Positions 35,818 to 44,236 of a DNA stretch of 64,000 nucleotides are shown here, one piece after another; position 1 is the first letter of the stretch; every line of letters starts with the position of its first letter. Position numbers and translations under genes: made by a program. Below the pieces are notes generated by a model that worked only from the letters and a program-made list of their open reading frames with translations, was not told where the DNA came from and ran no database searches. Where the stretch lies: positions 1,028,457 to 1,092,456 of the forward strand of contig CAWDQF010000007.1 of the NCBI GenBank assembly GCA_963804425.1, read 5' to 3'. Source of the stretch: an uncultured Verrucomicrobiae bacterium (GTDB taxonomy: Bacteria > Verrucomicrobiota > Verrucomicrobiia > Chthoniobacterales > JAFAMB01).

Positions 35818-36786
35818 TTAGCGGGCTCGATCTTCGCGTAATAAAAAACGTTTATAACAAAACATTACCACGACACAGACGATGAAGAGGATGAGCGCGA
35901 CAGCGCTGCCGTAACCAAGCCGCATCCGCTTAATGCCAAACGTGTAGAGATACGACACCATTGAATGGGTGGAATTCAGGGGATCTCCACCGGTCAACGG
36001 GATGATTAAGTCAAAAAGCTGGAAGGAGCCAAGAACGCTAAAGAATAATGAAAGCAGAATAACTGGTTTCATCATGGGAAGCACGATGTGGCGAGTGACC
36101 TGCCAGCGATTAGCCCCGTCGATCCGAGCAGATTCAATGACGTCATTGGGCACGTTCTGCCGGCCGGCGATGAACAGAGCAAGATGGAAACCGATGTATT
36201 TCCAAACGACTACCACTAGCAACGCCGCCATTGCCCATCCTGGCAGCGCCAGCACGAAAGGGGCTTTCCAGCCAAACCAATGACAAATCGTCGCCACTAG
36301 TCCGTAGTCTCCATCGTAAAGATACTTCCAAATCAGGCCGACGACGATTTCAGCTAAAATGTATGGGATGAAAAAGATCGCGCGGAAGACTAGATTACTG
36401 CGTCTGGCATCGGAAACGATTAGGGCAAGCGACAATGCGATCGGAATCTGGATCCCCGCCGACACCGCGACAACCAGGAGATTGTTGAAGAGCGAATTTC
36501 GGAGGATCGGATCGTTGAACGCTCGCTCGAAATTTGAAAATCCGACCCAATTCTGGGGTGCTCCATATCCATTCCAGTTAAAGAAGGCGTAATAAGCCGA
36601 CTGTGAAACCGGCAGAACAACGAACAACGTAAAAATCAGAAGGGCGGGAGGTAAGAATAGGAGGAGAGTCGCCCACGGGCCAGTGCGCAGCGCTCGCCCG
36701 AGTTTAATGCGAACCGAGGAACCGTTTTGCGGAAGCGCCGGTTGTTGTCGAGATACGCTCTGGGCTGAACCGACTCGGACCTTCAT
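35818..36786 (-). CDS. Carbohydrate ABC transporter permease (MalF/UgpA type)
   Basis: VIESARIDGANRWQVTRHIVLPMMKP loop. Multi-TM. Confidence 0.88.
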   Translation of the reverse strand: MKVRVGSAQSVSRQQPALPQNGSSVRIKLGRALRTGPWATLLLFLPPALLIFTLFVVLPVSQSAYYAFFNWNGYGAPQNWVGFSNFERAFNDPILRNSLFNNLLVVAVSAGIQIPIALSLALIVSDARRSNLVFRAIFFIPYILAEIVVGLIWKYLYDGDYGLVATICHWFGWKAPFVLALPGWAMAALLVVVVWKYIGFHLALFIAGRQNVPNDVIESARIDGANRWQVTRHIVLPMMKPVILLSLFFSVLGSFQLFDLIIPLTGGDPLNSTHSMVSYLYTFGIKRMRLGYGSAVALILFIVCVVVMFCYKRFLLREDRAR

Positions 36787-36846
36787 TTTGCCTCTTGGTG
36801 CAAAGGCTCAGTGCACTGAATATTTACTTGTTTATCACGGGTGCAC

Positions 36847-36901
36847 GGTAGGGACGCGCCTCTCCGCGTCCGTATCGGTTACGGACCGGCCGGTCCCTAC
36901 C
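36847..36901 (-). promoter_or_regulatory. Intercistronic multi-stem structure between the binding-protein and permease genes
   Basis: An outer inverted repeat GGTAGGGAC/GTCCCTACC encloses GACGCG-CCTCTC-CGCGTC and CCGTA-TCGGT-TACGG. It lies in the 134-nt gap of a co-directional operon. Confidence 0.5.
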
Positions 36902-36920
36902 GCCTGACTGGGTAAATCCG

Positions 36921-38186
36921 TTACATCTTATTCTGCGACCAGGAATCCTGAATAGCTTTGACGGCTTGATCGGGGGTAGTGCCTCCCGCAGCGACCGCTG
37001 CCGCCTCGTCGTTGAACACGCGACCGGTGTCAGGTCCAAGAAGTTGGTCCATCGCGATGGCGATCCAATCAGTCTTCTCCGTCTCCTGGGCGAGTGCGTG
37101 CAAAAATGGATCCTGAATCGCGTCGGCCGTACCCTTTACCATTGGTATGAATAAGCCGGCAGCAGCCAGCTTCGTCTGGGTATCTTTTCCAAGCAAAACT
37201 TTGAAGAAATCCACCGTCTCTTTTGGTGCATCTTTGCTCACCAACCATCCGTCGACGCTGGCAAAGATATCGTTGGCCTTACCTTTTCCATCTTTGACTA
37301 CCGGAAAGAAAAACCAGCCAATTTGCTCGTCAGATAGGCCTTTTTTGGTTACCGACGCTCTGCGTCCTTCGACCAAATCCCAACTTCCCATCAGATGAAA
37401 CGCCGCTTTGCCGTCATGGAAGTAGCCTGCATCATCTGGGAACTTCGTTGCCTGGTACCCGTTATGGAACGGCTGCAAATCACAAAGATCTTTGTACATC
37501 TTCCAGGCCTTCAGCACACCCGGATCGGCCAAACCCGTTTTGCTATCCTTAGAGACAACCTCTTCCAGGCCGCTCTTACCCAACACCCGCATCATCAACA
37601 TAGCTGGATAGAAATGAAGAGGCCATTTGTCGGCGCCGCCTGCAGCGATCGGAGTCACGCCTGCCGCTTTGCATTTTTTCACTGCATCCAAAAAGTCGTC
37701 CCAATCCTTGATCTTCGTCGGATCAACCCCAGCCTTTTGGCAAAGCTCCTTATTGTACCAGAAGACGACCGGTCCGACATCGTTGGGCAATCCATAAGAC
37801 TTTCCGTCGACGATGAAATTCTGGACGCCGGCCGGATAGAAGGAGTCCTTAAACTCACCCGCGATCGCACTCGTGATATCTTGGCAGACACCTGACTGAA
37901 CCTGTTCCTTCATTACGCCGCCGCCCCAGCTCCAAAACACGCTGGGTTTGTCCTTTGTCTGCAGGAGCGTTGGCAGTTTCGCTTTAAAGGCCTCGTTCTC
38001 GAGGTAGTCGAATTGAACTTTGACGCCGGGATGGCTCTTTTCGTATCCATCCGCAGCTGTTCTCCAGATATCACGAGTAGCCTGGATAGGTTGGATGTGC
38101 AGGACTTTGATTACTGTTTGGGACGACGCAGCCGCAGTGAAAGCCGCGAATAATGCAAACCAAGAAACGATTCTCTTTTTCATCAT
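36921..38186 (-). CDS. Sugar ABC transporter substrate-binding protein (family 1)
   Basis: Signal peptide (MMKKRIVSWFALFAAFTAAASS). 421 aa. Typical family-1 SBP composition. Permease genes lie downstream. Confidence 0.85.
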   Translation of the reverse strand: MMKKRIVSWFALFAAFTAAASSQTVIKVLHIQPIQATRDIWRTAADGYEKSHPGVKVQFDYLENEAFKAKLPTLLQTKDKPSVFWSWGGGVMKEQVQSGVCQDITSAIAGEFKDSFYPAGVQNFIVDGKSYGLPNDVGPVVFWYNKELCQKAGVDPTKIKDWDDFLDAVKKCKAAGVTPIAAGGADKWPLHFYPAMLMMRVLGKSGLEEVVSKDSKTGLADPGVLKAWKMYKDLCDLQPFHNGYQATKFPDDAGYFHDGKAAFHLMGSWDLVEGRRASVTKKGLSDEQIGWFFFPVVKDGKGKANDIFASVDGWLVSKDAPKETVDFFKVLLGKDTQTKLAAAGLFIPMVKGTADAIQDPFLHALAQETEKTDWIAIAMDQLLGPDTGRVFNDEAAAVAAGGTTPDQAVKAIQDSWSQNKM

Positions 38187-38285
38187 TGTGGGGGGTATTG
38201 CTGCGTTTTTCTTGGCTTGCTGAATTTAAATCGCAGACCTAAGAAAAACGCTACTGAATCGCCTTTTTCTGAGCTCAAAGCAAGC

Positions 38286-39062
38286 TCAGTTCAACGTGTC
38301 GCTCCCCTTTAGGTACTCCAGGCTTGCTTGGATCGCAGCGAACGGATCGCCATCGCAAAAATCTTGTTCGACCACGAACCATTCGCAACCGGAAGCCTGC
38401 CCTTGTCCGATAATTGTTGGGAAGTCGAGATTGCCGTTCCCGACCTCGGCCATTTCCGGGACGTTTTTTTGCGGATTGAATTTGTAATCTTTCAAATGAA
38501 TCAGCGGCAGCCGCCCCTTCAGCTTGGTGATCCAGCGGACGGGATCACCTCCGCCGAACTGGATCCAGTACGTATCGAGCTCGGCGAAGAGCTTTGGAGC
38601 GTTGGCCAGGATGTATTCGAGGATGAGTTCCCCAGCGTATTTCGCGAATTCGAGGGCGTGATTGTGGTAAACTAGGCGCTTGCCGGCCGAGGCAAAGATC
38701 TCGGAACTGCTTTGCAGCTGGTGGGCCAACCGTTCGACCTGACCCCCGTTGCGGAAGTCGATTCCTGCAGGATAGGCATAAACCGCGAGGTCTGTCCCCA
38801 GTTCCGCCAGCTCCTCGACAACTGCTTGCGGATGGTGGAGCAGCCGGTCTCCCGATTCGTGAATCGAGCTGATCGCTAATCCGTGATCATCAGCAAGCTT
38901 CCGCAAGTCTCGATAGGAGGCGAAGTCTAATCGGAGGACTTCAACGGCATCATAGCCAATGACTTTTACTTTCTTCAAAGTCGTGGCCAAATCTTTTGCG
39001 CTGTCACAGAAATCGCGAAGCGTATAAAGCTGGAGGGCGACTTGGGAAAGTTTCATTCTCAA
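38286..39062 (-). CDS. Sugar phosphate isomerase/epimerase (xylose-isomerase-like TIM barrel)
   Basis: 258 aa. The pattern HLKD...GNGNLDFPTI...VVEQD is typical of AP-endonuclease-2/TIM-barrel isomerases. Confidence 0.8.
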   Translation of the reverse strand: MRMKLSQVALQLYTLRDFCDSAKDLATTLKKVKVIGYDAVEVLRLDFASYRDLRKLADDHGLAISSIHESGDRLLHHPQAVVEELAELGTDLAVYAYPAGIDFRNGGQVERLAHQLQSSSEIFASAGKRLVYHNHALEFAKYAGELILEYILANAPKLFAELDTYWIQFGGGDPVRWITKLKGRLPLIHLKDYKFNPQKNVPEMAEVGNGNLDFPTIIGQGQASGCEWFVVEQDFCDGDPFAAIQASLEYLKGSDTLN

Positions 39063-39116
39063 CTCTAGTGCACTGGATCGGATATGGCGAGGGCGTGGTG
39101 CACGGGCGACACTTTC

Positions 39117-40214
39117 TTACGAAAAATCGGCGACATGCGAAATCGGCGGCAGAGCGCGTGGCCGTTCACATCGCGACCGTACGGCGCATGCGTGGTCGCT
39201 GCCGGCCGTCTCGACAATCGCCTCCATGACTTCCAGAACGTGGAAGGCGAGCTCGGCCGAAGCACGATGCGGCAGGCCAGTCCGTAGCCCGGCAACCAAA
39301 TCAGCCACTCCGATGCCGCGATAGTTTCCGTCTCCAAAGCCATGACTCGGACTTACGTCTACCCAGCCTGTCTCTCGGCCCAAGCGAACAGTGCCTCCGA
39401 AGTAATTGGGGTCGGGTACCTGGAGTGCGCCTGTGGTCCCGTAAATTTCGATGAACGGATGGTTGTAGGCCGGTACGTCAAAGCTCGCGACAAACGTAAC
39501 GATAGGCCCTCCGTGGAACTCAAGAATAGCCGATAGATAACTGAGAACCGATACTGGGAACGATGTACCTTTCCGCGGACCACTTCCGATCGTTCTTTGC
39601 GGGAGGGTGGTTCTCCCCGCAGACCAAACCCTTTTGATCGGCCCGAGTAGGTTGATCAACGCAGTAAGATAATAGGGTCCCATATCAAAAACTGGGCCAG
39701 CTCCTTTTTGGTAAAAAAATTCGGGATTCGGATGCCAGCTCTCGGGACCACCACTCATAAAAAAAGCAGCTCCTCCAATCGGTTCACCAATCCTTCCTTC
39801 GTCGAGCAACTTGCGTGCTGTTTGCTGCGCCGCACCCAAGAAGGTGTCCGGGGCACAACCGATCCGAAGACTGTCGATCGCGGCCACGCTCAGAAGTGGT
39901 TCGGCCTCCTGGGTCGAGATGCTCAGCGGTTTCTCAGAGTAGACGTGCTTGTGCGCCCGCAAGCCTGCTCCAATAATCTCTGCGTGATATTGCGGGGTCG
40001 TGAGATTAAGGAGGATATCGATCGCCGGATCCGCCAGCATGGCCTCGGTGGAGACCGCCGCAATCCCGAATTCCCGCGCCCGCAACTCGGCTTGAGCCTG
40101 TTGAACATCTGAACAGCAGGTAATTTTGAACTGCGGAAACTTGGTTTTCAAGTAGGCGGCGCTGATGACGCCGGCGCCAACGATCCCAACGTGCAGCGGA
40201 TTTTCTGTTCGCAT
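39117..40214 (-). CDS. Gfo/Idh/MocA-family NAD(P)-dependent oxidoreductase
   Basis: N-terminal Rossmann motif VGIVGAGVISAAYL and the EKPL motif (YSEKPLSIS). Confidence 0.88.
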   Translation of the reverse strand: MRTENPLHVGIVGAGVISAAYLKTKFPQFKITCCSDVQQAQAELRAREFGIAAVSTEAMLADPAIDILLNLTTPQYHAEIIGAGLRAHKHVYSEKPLSISTQEAEPLLSVAAIDSLRIGCAPDTFLGAAQQTARKLLDEGRIGEPIGGAAFFMSGGPESWHPNPEFFYQKGAGPVFDMGPYYLTALINLLGPIKRVWSAGRTTLPQRTIGSGPRKGTSFPVSVLSYLSAILEFHGGPIVTFVASFDVPAYNHPFIEIYGTTGALQVPDPNYFGGTVRLGRETGWVDVSPSHGFGDGNYRGIGVADLVAGLRTGLPHRASAELAFHVLEVMEAIVETAGSDHACAVRSRCERPRALPPISHVADFS

Positions 40215-40432
40215 AAAGGAGAGCTACTTCCAGAATCCACAAGCTAGAATCCGAGAAGGTGGGCTCGGCGAACCGTGAACAGCAATCGGTCAGCGGTCAA
40301 CCGGAAACAAAAAGCAGAATCCGGAATCTGGTAGCTGGAACTTAGGAGCTGCGGCAATCCGGTAGTGCCAAGTGCTCAACATAGGCAAGGTCTCGATGGC
40401 GGTCCGTCCGACCAAAGGGCCAATGGAGATTT

Positions 40433-40582
40433 GAGCCCAGGACCGGCTGGGCGAAACAGTTCCATGATGGTGGACGAAAACCGCCGTCATAGCGAGATAA
40501 GGCGGGTGAGCCAAACACTGGGTGGCGCAAGGCTCACAGTCCCGCGACTGTGGGACCGTTTCGCCCTACCAGCCTGGGGCGG
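40433..40582 (-). repeat. Dispersed palindromic element family R4, copy 1 (reverse orientation relative to 50213..50382)
   Basis: The termini CCCAGGACCGGCTGGGCGAAAC / GTTTCGCCCTACCAGCCTGGGG correspond to those of copy 2. The reverse complement of 40521..40541 (GACTGTGAGCCTTGCGCCACC) matches 50281..50301 (GACTGTGAGCCTTTGCCGCCC). Confidence 0.6.
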
Positions 40583-40707
40583 AGATCACCTCGTGATGAT
40601 GCGCCTGCCCATCGGGGGCCGCATCATCGCTTTGAAAATCAACCCCGCACTCAAATTTCTCACCCCTGCGCCCGTCAAATTCCCGCGATATAGTGCAACT
40701 CACAGAT

Positions 40708-41277
40708 ATGATTCCGACACGCGACGAAGCTTGGAAATTGGTAACGGAACACACTGCGAGTGATTCGCTGCGCCGGCATATGCTAGCCGTGGAGGCCGCG
40801 ATGCGAGCGTACGCCAAGCACTTCGCGGATGACCCAGACGTTTGGGGTGTCGTCGGATTACTTTACGATTTTGATTACGAACGGTATCCTGACATATCGG
40901 TAGAAGGACACCCCGTGGTCGGGGCAAGGCTCTTACGGGAAAGAGGAGTTGATGAGGAGATTGTTAAAGCCATCCTTTCACACGCACCGGAAATAACCGG
41001 TCATCGGCCGGAATCGAAACTGGAAAGAACGCTTTATGCCGTCGACGAATTGACAGGCTTTATCATTGCAGTTGCACTGGTGCGGCCCTCCAAAAGACTG
41101 GCGGACGTCGAGCTGAAGTCGGTCAAGAAAAAATGGAAGGACCAGGCGTTTGCCGCCCCGGTCAATCGCGATGAGATCGCGCACGCTGCATCTGAGCTTG
41201 GAGTCCCGCTCGACGAACACATTCAACGGGTTCTTGACGCCATGAAGGCTCACGCTACCGAGCTGGGGCTGGGGTGA
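40708..41277 (+). CDS. HD-superfamily (HDIG-type) phosphohydrolase
   Basis: RRHMLAVEAAMRAYA...GLLYDFDYERYP...HPVVGARLL...ILSHA matches the small COG2316-type HD hydrolases, except for Y in place of the HD-motif His. Start at ATG 40708. Confidence 0.8.
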   Translation: MIPTRDEAWKLVTEHTASDSLRRHMLAVEAAMRAYAKHFADDPDVWGVVGLLYDFDYERYPDISVEGHPVVGARLLRERGVDEEIVKAILSHAPEITGHRPESKLERTLYAVDELTGFIIAVALVRPSKRLADVELKSVKKKWKDQAFAAPVNRDEIAHAASELGVPLDEHIQRVLDAMKAHATELGLG

Positions 41278-41357
41278 TAGAATAAGCAAAGCCCGGAGGG
41301 CGCACATCCGTGCGCGCCGCGGATCGCGGGGACGCGATCCCTCCCTGCAACCTGTAA

Positions 41358-42338
41358 CTAGATCCCTAGCACTGGATGCGGCTGATACGGTTCTTCCAGC
41401 GCTTTGATTTCTTCATCGGCTAATTTCACCCGAAGTGCTTTGAGCGCATCCTCAAGATGATGTGGTTTGGTAGCGCCAATGATGGGAGAGGTGATACCCG
41501 GCTTATGCATCATCCAAGCAAGCGCAATCTGAGCGTTGGATACGCCTCGTTGCTCAGCAAGTTGAGTGACCCGATCGACAATCGCGAAATCGGAATCCTG
41601 GTAATAGAGGCGGTGCGCGAAACTATCTGATTTGGCGCGGGTGGTTTCACCTTTTTCCTGGCGACTGCGATTTCCCGCAAGAAACCCTCTCGCTAACGGA
41701 CTCCAGGGAATGATCCCGATCCCTTCTTCGCGACAGAGCGGAATCATTTCGCGTTCCTCTTCGCGATAAACCAGGTTGTAATGGTTCTGCATCGCCACAA
41801 AACGCGCATAACCGTAGGCCTCCGCGAGATAAAGAAATTTAGCGAATTCCCACGCGTACATGCTGGAAGCGCCGATATAGAGCGCTTTCCCTTGATTTAT
41901 GACTTCAGTTAGCGCTTCCAGAGTCTCTTCGATGGAAGTTGTCCGATCGTAACGATGAATTTGGTACAAATCGACATAGTCGACACCTAAACGGCGCAAG
42001 CTAGCGTCGATAGCATGGCGAATATGCTTCTTCGACGTGCCGCGTTCGTTCGGCGTGTCTCCCATCGGGTTGTACACCTTTGTGGCAATGACGGCTTCTT
42101 CGCGACGCAATCCGAGCTTCTTCAGCGAGCGTCCGGTTACCTCTTCGCTCGCTCCATCGGAGTACATATCGGCGGTGTCGAAGAAATTAATGCCCGCTTC
42201 AACCGCCTGTTTGAAGAATGTAAGCGACTGCTCTTCATCGAGTACCCAATCCCGCCATTCGGATGTGCCGTAGCTCATGCAGCCAAGGCAGAGCCGAGAA
42301 ACCTTTAATCCGGTGTTACCTAAAGAAACGTAGTCCAT
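41358..42338 (-). CDS. Aldo/keto reductase, paralog 1
   Basis: MDYVSLGNTGLKVSRLCLGCMSYG, FFDTADMYS, LGVDYVDLYQIHR, PWSPLARG. Confidence 0.92.
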   Translation of the reverse strand: MDYVSLGNTGLKVSRLCLGCMSYGTSEWRDWVLDEEQSLTFFKQAVEAGINFFDTADMYSDGASEEVTGRSLKKLGLRREEAVIATKVYNPMGDTPNERGTSKKHIRHAIDASLRRLGVDYVDLYQIHRYDRTTSIEETLEALTEVINQGKALYIGASSMYAWEFAKFLYLAEAYGYARFVAMQNHYNLVYREEEREMIPLCREEGIGIIPWSPLARGFLAGNRSRQEKGETTRAKSDSFAHRLYYQDSDFAIVDRVTQLAEQRGVSNAQIALAWMMHKPGITSPIIGATKPHHLEDALKALRVKLADEEIKALEEPYQPHPVLGI

Positions 42339-42563
42339 GTTTTTGAAGGTCTTTTAGTAGCTCGATAATGTGCCAATAGCCAATGTTGGGTCGCCGCCTG
42401 CATCATGAATGACGATTTCGTTTCGCGATTTTCGCGCAATCGGTTGCTCCGTGCCGGCACTCTGGATTGCCACACACAGAGCCTAGCCGGATCCGCCTCG
42501 GCGGACCGATACCGAAAATGTCGAGCGGTTCGGAACGTTATTTGTCATCTGTCATTCGTTGCG

Positions 42564-43547
42564 CTAGATGCCTAGCACAGGATGTGGTTGATACGGTTCT
42601 TCCAATGTTTTGATTTCCTCGCCACCCAATTTCACCTGCAATGCTTTGACGGCGTCTTCAAGGTGATGGTGGGTTTTGGTAGCGCCGATGATGGGAGCAG
42701 TGATACCCGGTTTGTGCAGCATCCAAGCGAGCGCGATCTGTGCATTGGATACACCTCGCTTCTGAGCGAGCTGAGTGACTCGATCAACGATCGCGAAATC
42801 GGAATCCTGATAGTAAAGACCGTGCGCGAACTGATCAGATTTAGCGCGTGTCGTTTCTCCTTTTTCTGCTCGATTGCGATTTCCAGCCAAAAACCCTCGC
42901 GCTAACGGGCTCCAGGGAATGATCCCAATCCCCTTCTCGCGACAGAGTGGAATCATTTCTCGTTCCTCTTCTCGATAGACCAGATTGTAGTGGTTCTGCA
43001 TCGTGACAAAGCGCGCGTAACGGTGGGCCTCCGCGACATAAAGAAATTCAGCGAATTCCCATGCGCACATGCTGGAAGCGCCGACATAGAGCGCCTTTCC
43101 TTGATTTACAACCTCGGTGAGGGCCTCCAGCGTCTCTTCGACCGGGGTCGTCCGATCGTAACGATGAATTTGGTACAAGTCGATGTAGTCGACACCCAGA
43201 CGGAGCAGGCTGGCGTCGATGGCGTGCCGAATATGCTTCTTCGAGGTGCCATGTTCGTTTGGAGTATCTCCCATTGGGTAGTACACCTTCGTGGCAATGA
43301 CCGTCTCTTCGCGGCGCGCGCCGAGCTTCTTAAGGGCGCGACCGGTTACCTCTTCGCTCAGTCCGGCGGAGTACATATCGGCGGTGTCGAAAAAGTTGAT
43401 GCCCGCTTCGACCGCCTGCTTGAAGAATGGGAGCGACTGCTCTTCGTCAAGTATCCAATCGCGCCGTTTGGGGCTGCCGTAGCTCATGCAGCCTAAGCAG
43501 AGGCGGGAAACCTTTAAGCCGGTGTTGCCTAAAGAAACGTAGTCCAT
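42564..43547 (-). CDS. Aldo/keto reductase, paralog 2
   Basis: Same family. About 40 differences from paralog 1 over roughly 326 positions, counted by eye. Confidence 0.92.
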   Translation of the reverse strand: MDYVSLGNTGLKVSRLCLGCMSYGSPKRRDWILDEEQSLPFFKQAVEAGINFFDTADMYSAGLSEEVTGRALKKLGARREETVIATKVYYPMGDTPNEHGTSKKHIRHAIDASLLRLGVDYIDLYQIHRYDRTTPVEETLEALTEVVNQGKALYVGASSMCAWEFAEFLYVAEAHRYARFVTMQNHYNLVYREEEREMIPLCREKGIGIIPWSPLARGFLAGNRNRAEKGETTRAKSDQFAHGLYYQDSDFAIVDRVTQLAQKRGVSNAQIALAWMLHKPGITAPIIGATKTHHHLEDAVKALQVKLGGEEIKTLEEPYQPHPVLGI

Positions 43548-43797
43548 GTCGTTTGAAGTCTCCTAGTGGGTTGATCAATCTGCAAATTTCCGGCTAAGAA
43601 AAGCTCCGAAGGTGTGCGTCAAGATAGCCTAGCAATCTGGCGGGCTTCGCTTGCTCATTGACGAGTAGGTTTTCAGCGGCGAAGCCGCGATTCAAGATAG
43701 CCTAGAGGGCGTAGCGCCATAAGCGCTAACTTATGTTCCGACTTTGTTGCCACGGGCACGGGATGCGTCAAGACACATTTGTCCCGGAGACACATTT

Positions 43798-43877
43798 GTC
43801 CCGGAGGGACAGCATGATAGTAGCCAAGCGCGAAGTGCCTGGGAAATCGGAAAAAGACAAAGCCGTCCCAGCGGGAC
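43798..43877 (+). repeat. Copy of the hairpin repeat unit seen in the 5821..6117 array
   Basis: GTCCCGGAGGGAC AGCATGATAGTAGCC AAGCGCGAAGTGCCTGGG AAATCGGAAAAAGACAAAGCC GTCCCAGCGGGAC. Preceded by a 17-nt tandem duplication (43773..43789 and 43790..43806). Confidence 0.75.
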
Positions 43878-44099
43878 GGTCGAAAAAAGGCCGATTCGGC
43901 AGCCGGCTTGGGCACGTCCCCAGAGGTCGCCTTGCTAACAGCCGCAATTCGCAACGAAAATAACCGTCTAGAGCAGAGTTCCAGATTCAGGCCGAACATC
44001 AGCGGACCCGAAGCTTTCAAGAGGAAAATCTGGCGTTTCTAAAGAGGCACGACCTGAAATTCCAAGCCAACCTGCCTGGGACTAAACACTATTTCAGCC

Positions 44100-44178
44100 G
44101 TCCCTTCGGGACGCGTCATTCTTTCTTACGCCGAACCAGGCATTTCGTGCCAGGCTACTATCATGCTGTCCTTCCGGT
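44100..44178 (-). repeat. Inverted copy of the hairpin repeat unit
   Basis: GTCCCTTCGGGAC...CCAGGCATTTCGTGCCAGGCTACTATCATGCTGTCC. 44153..44171 is the exact reverse complement of 43807..43825. Confidence 0.75.
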
Positions 44179-44198
44179 GCTGATCATCGCGCATGATC

Positions 44199-44228
44199 CC
44201 TAGATTCTAGCTCCTAAATTCTGGCTTC
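44199..44228 (+). repeat. Heptad-periodic tract (TAGATTC TAGCTCC TAAATTC TGGCTTC)
   Basis: Read directly from the sequence. It lies immediately 3' of the stop of the minus-strand gene 44237..45397. Confidence 0.7.
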
Positions 44229-44236
44229 TTAAGTAC

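Noticed and set aside
40432-40447. B12-box-like string GAGCCCAGGACCGGC.
   Set aside because: It is two nucleotides short of the AGYCMGGAGACCKGCC consensus. None of the other cobalamin-riboswitch core elements (GCCACTG, GGGAA, GGTG..AA..CC) lie upstream.
40449-40630. Riboswitch or attenuator controlling the HD hydrolase gene: nested helices, G.U pairs specific to the plus strand, and mutually exclusive stems.
   Set aside because: The termini and internal blocks are shared with the dispersed element at 50213..50382 and 34792..34913. The final stem is followed only by GCTTTG rather than a U-tract. I could not match any riboswitch class I know (TPP, SAM, FMN, cobalamin, glycine, c-di-GMP, ZTP, fluoride, guanidine).
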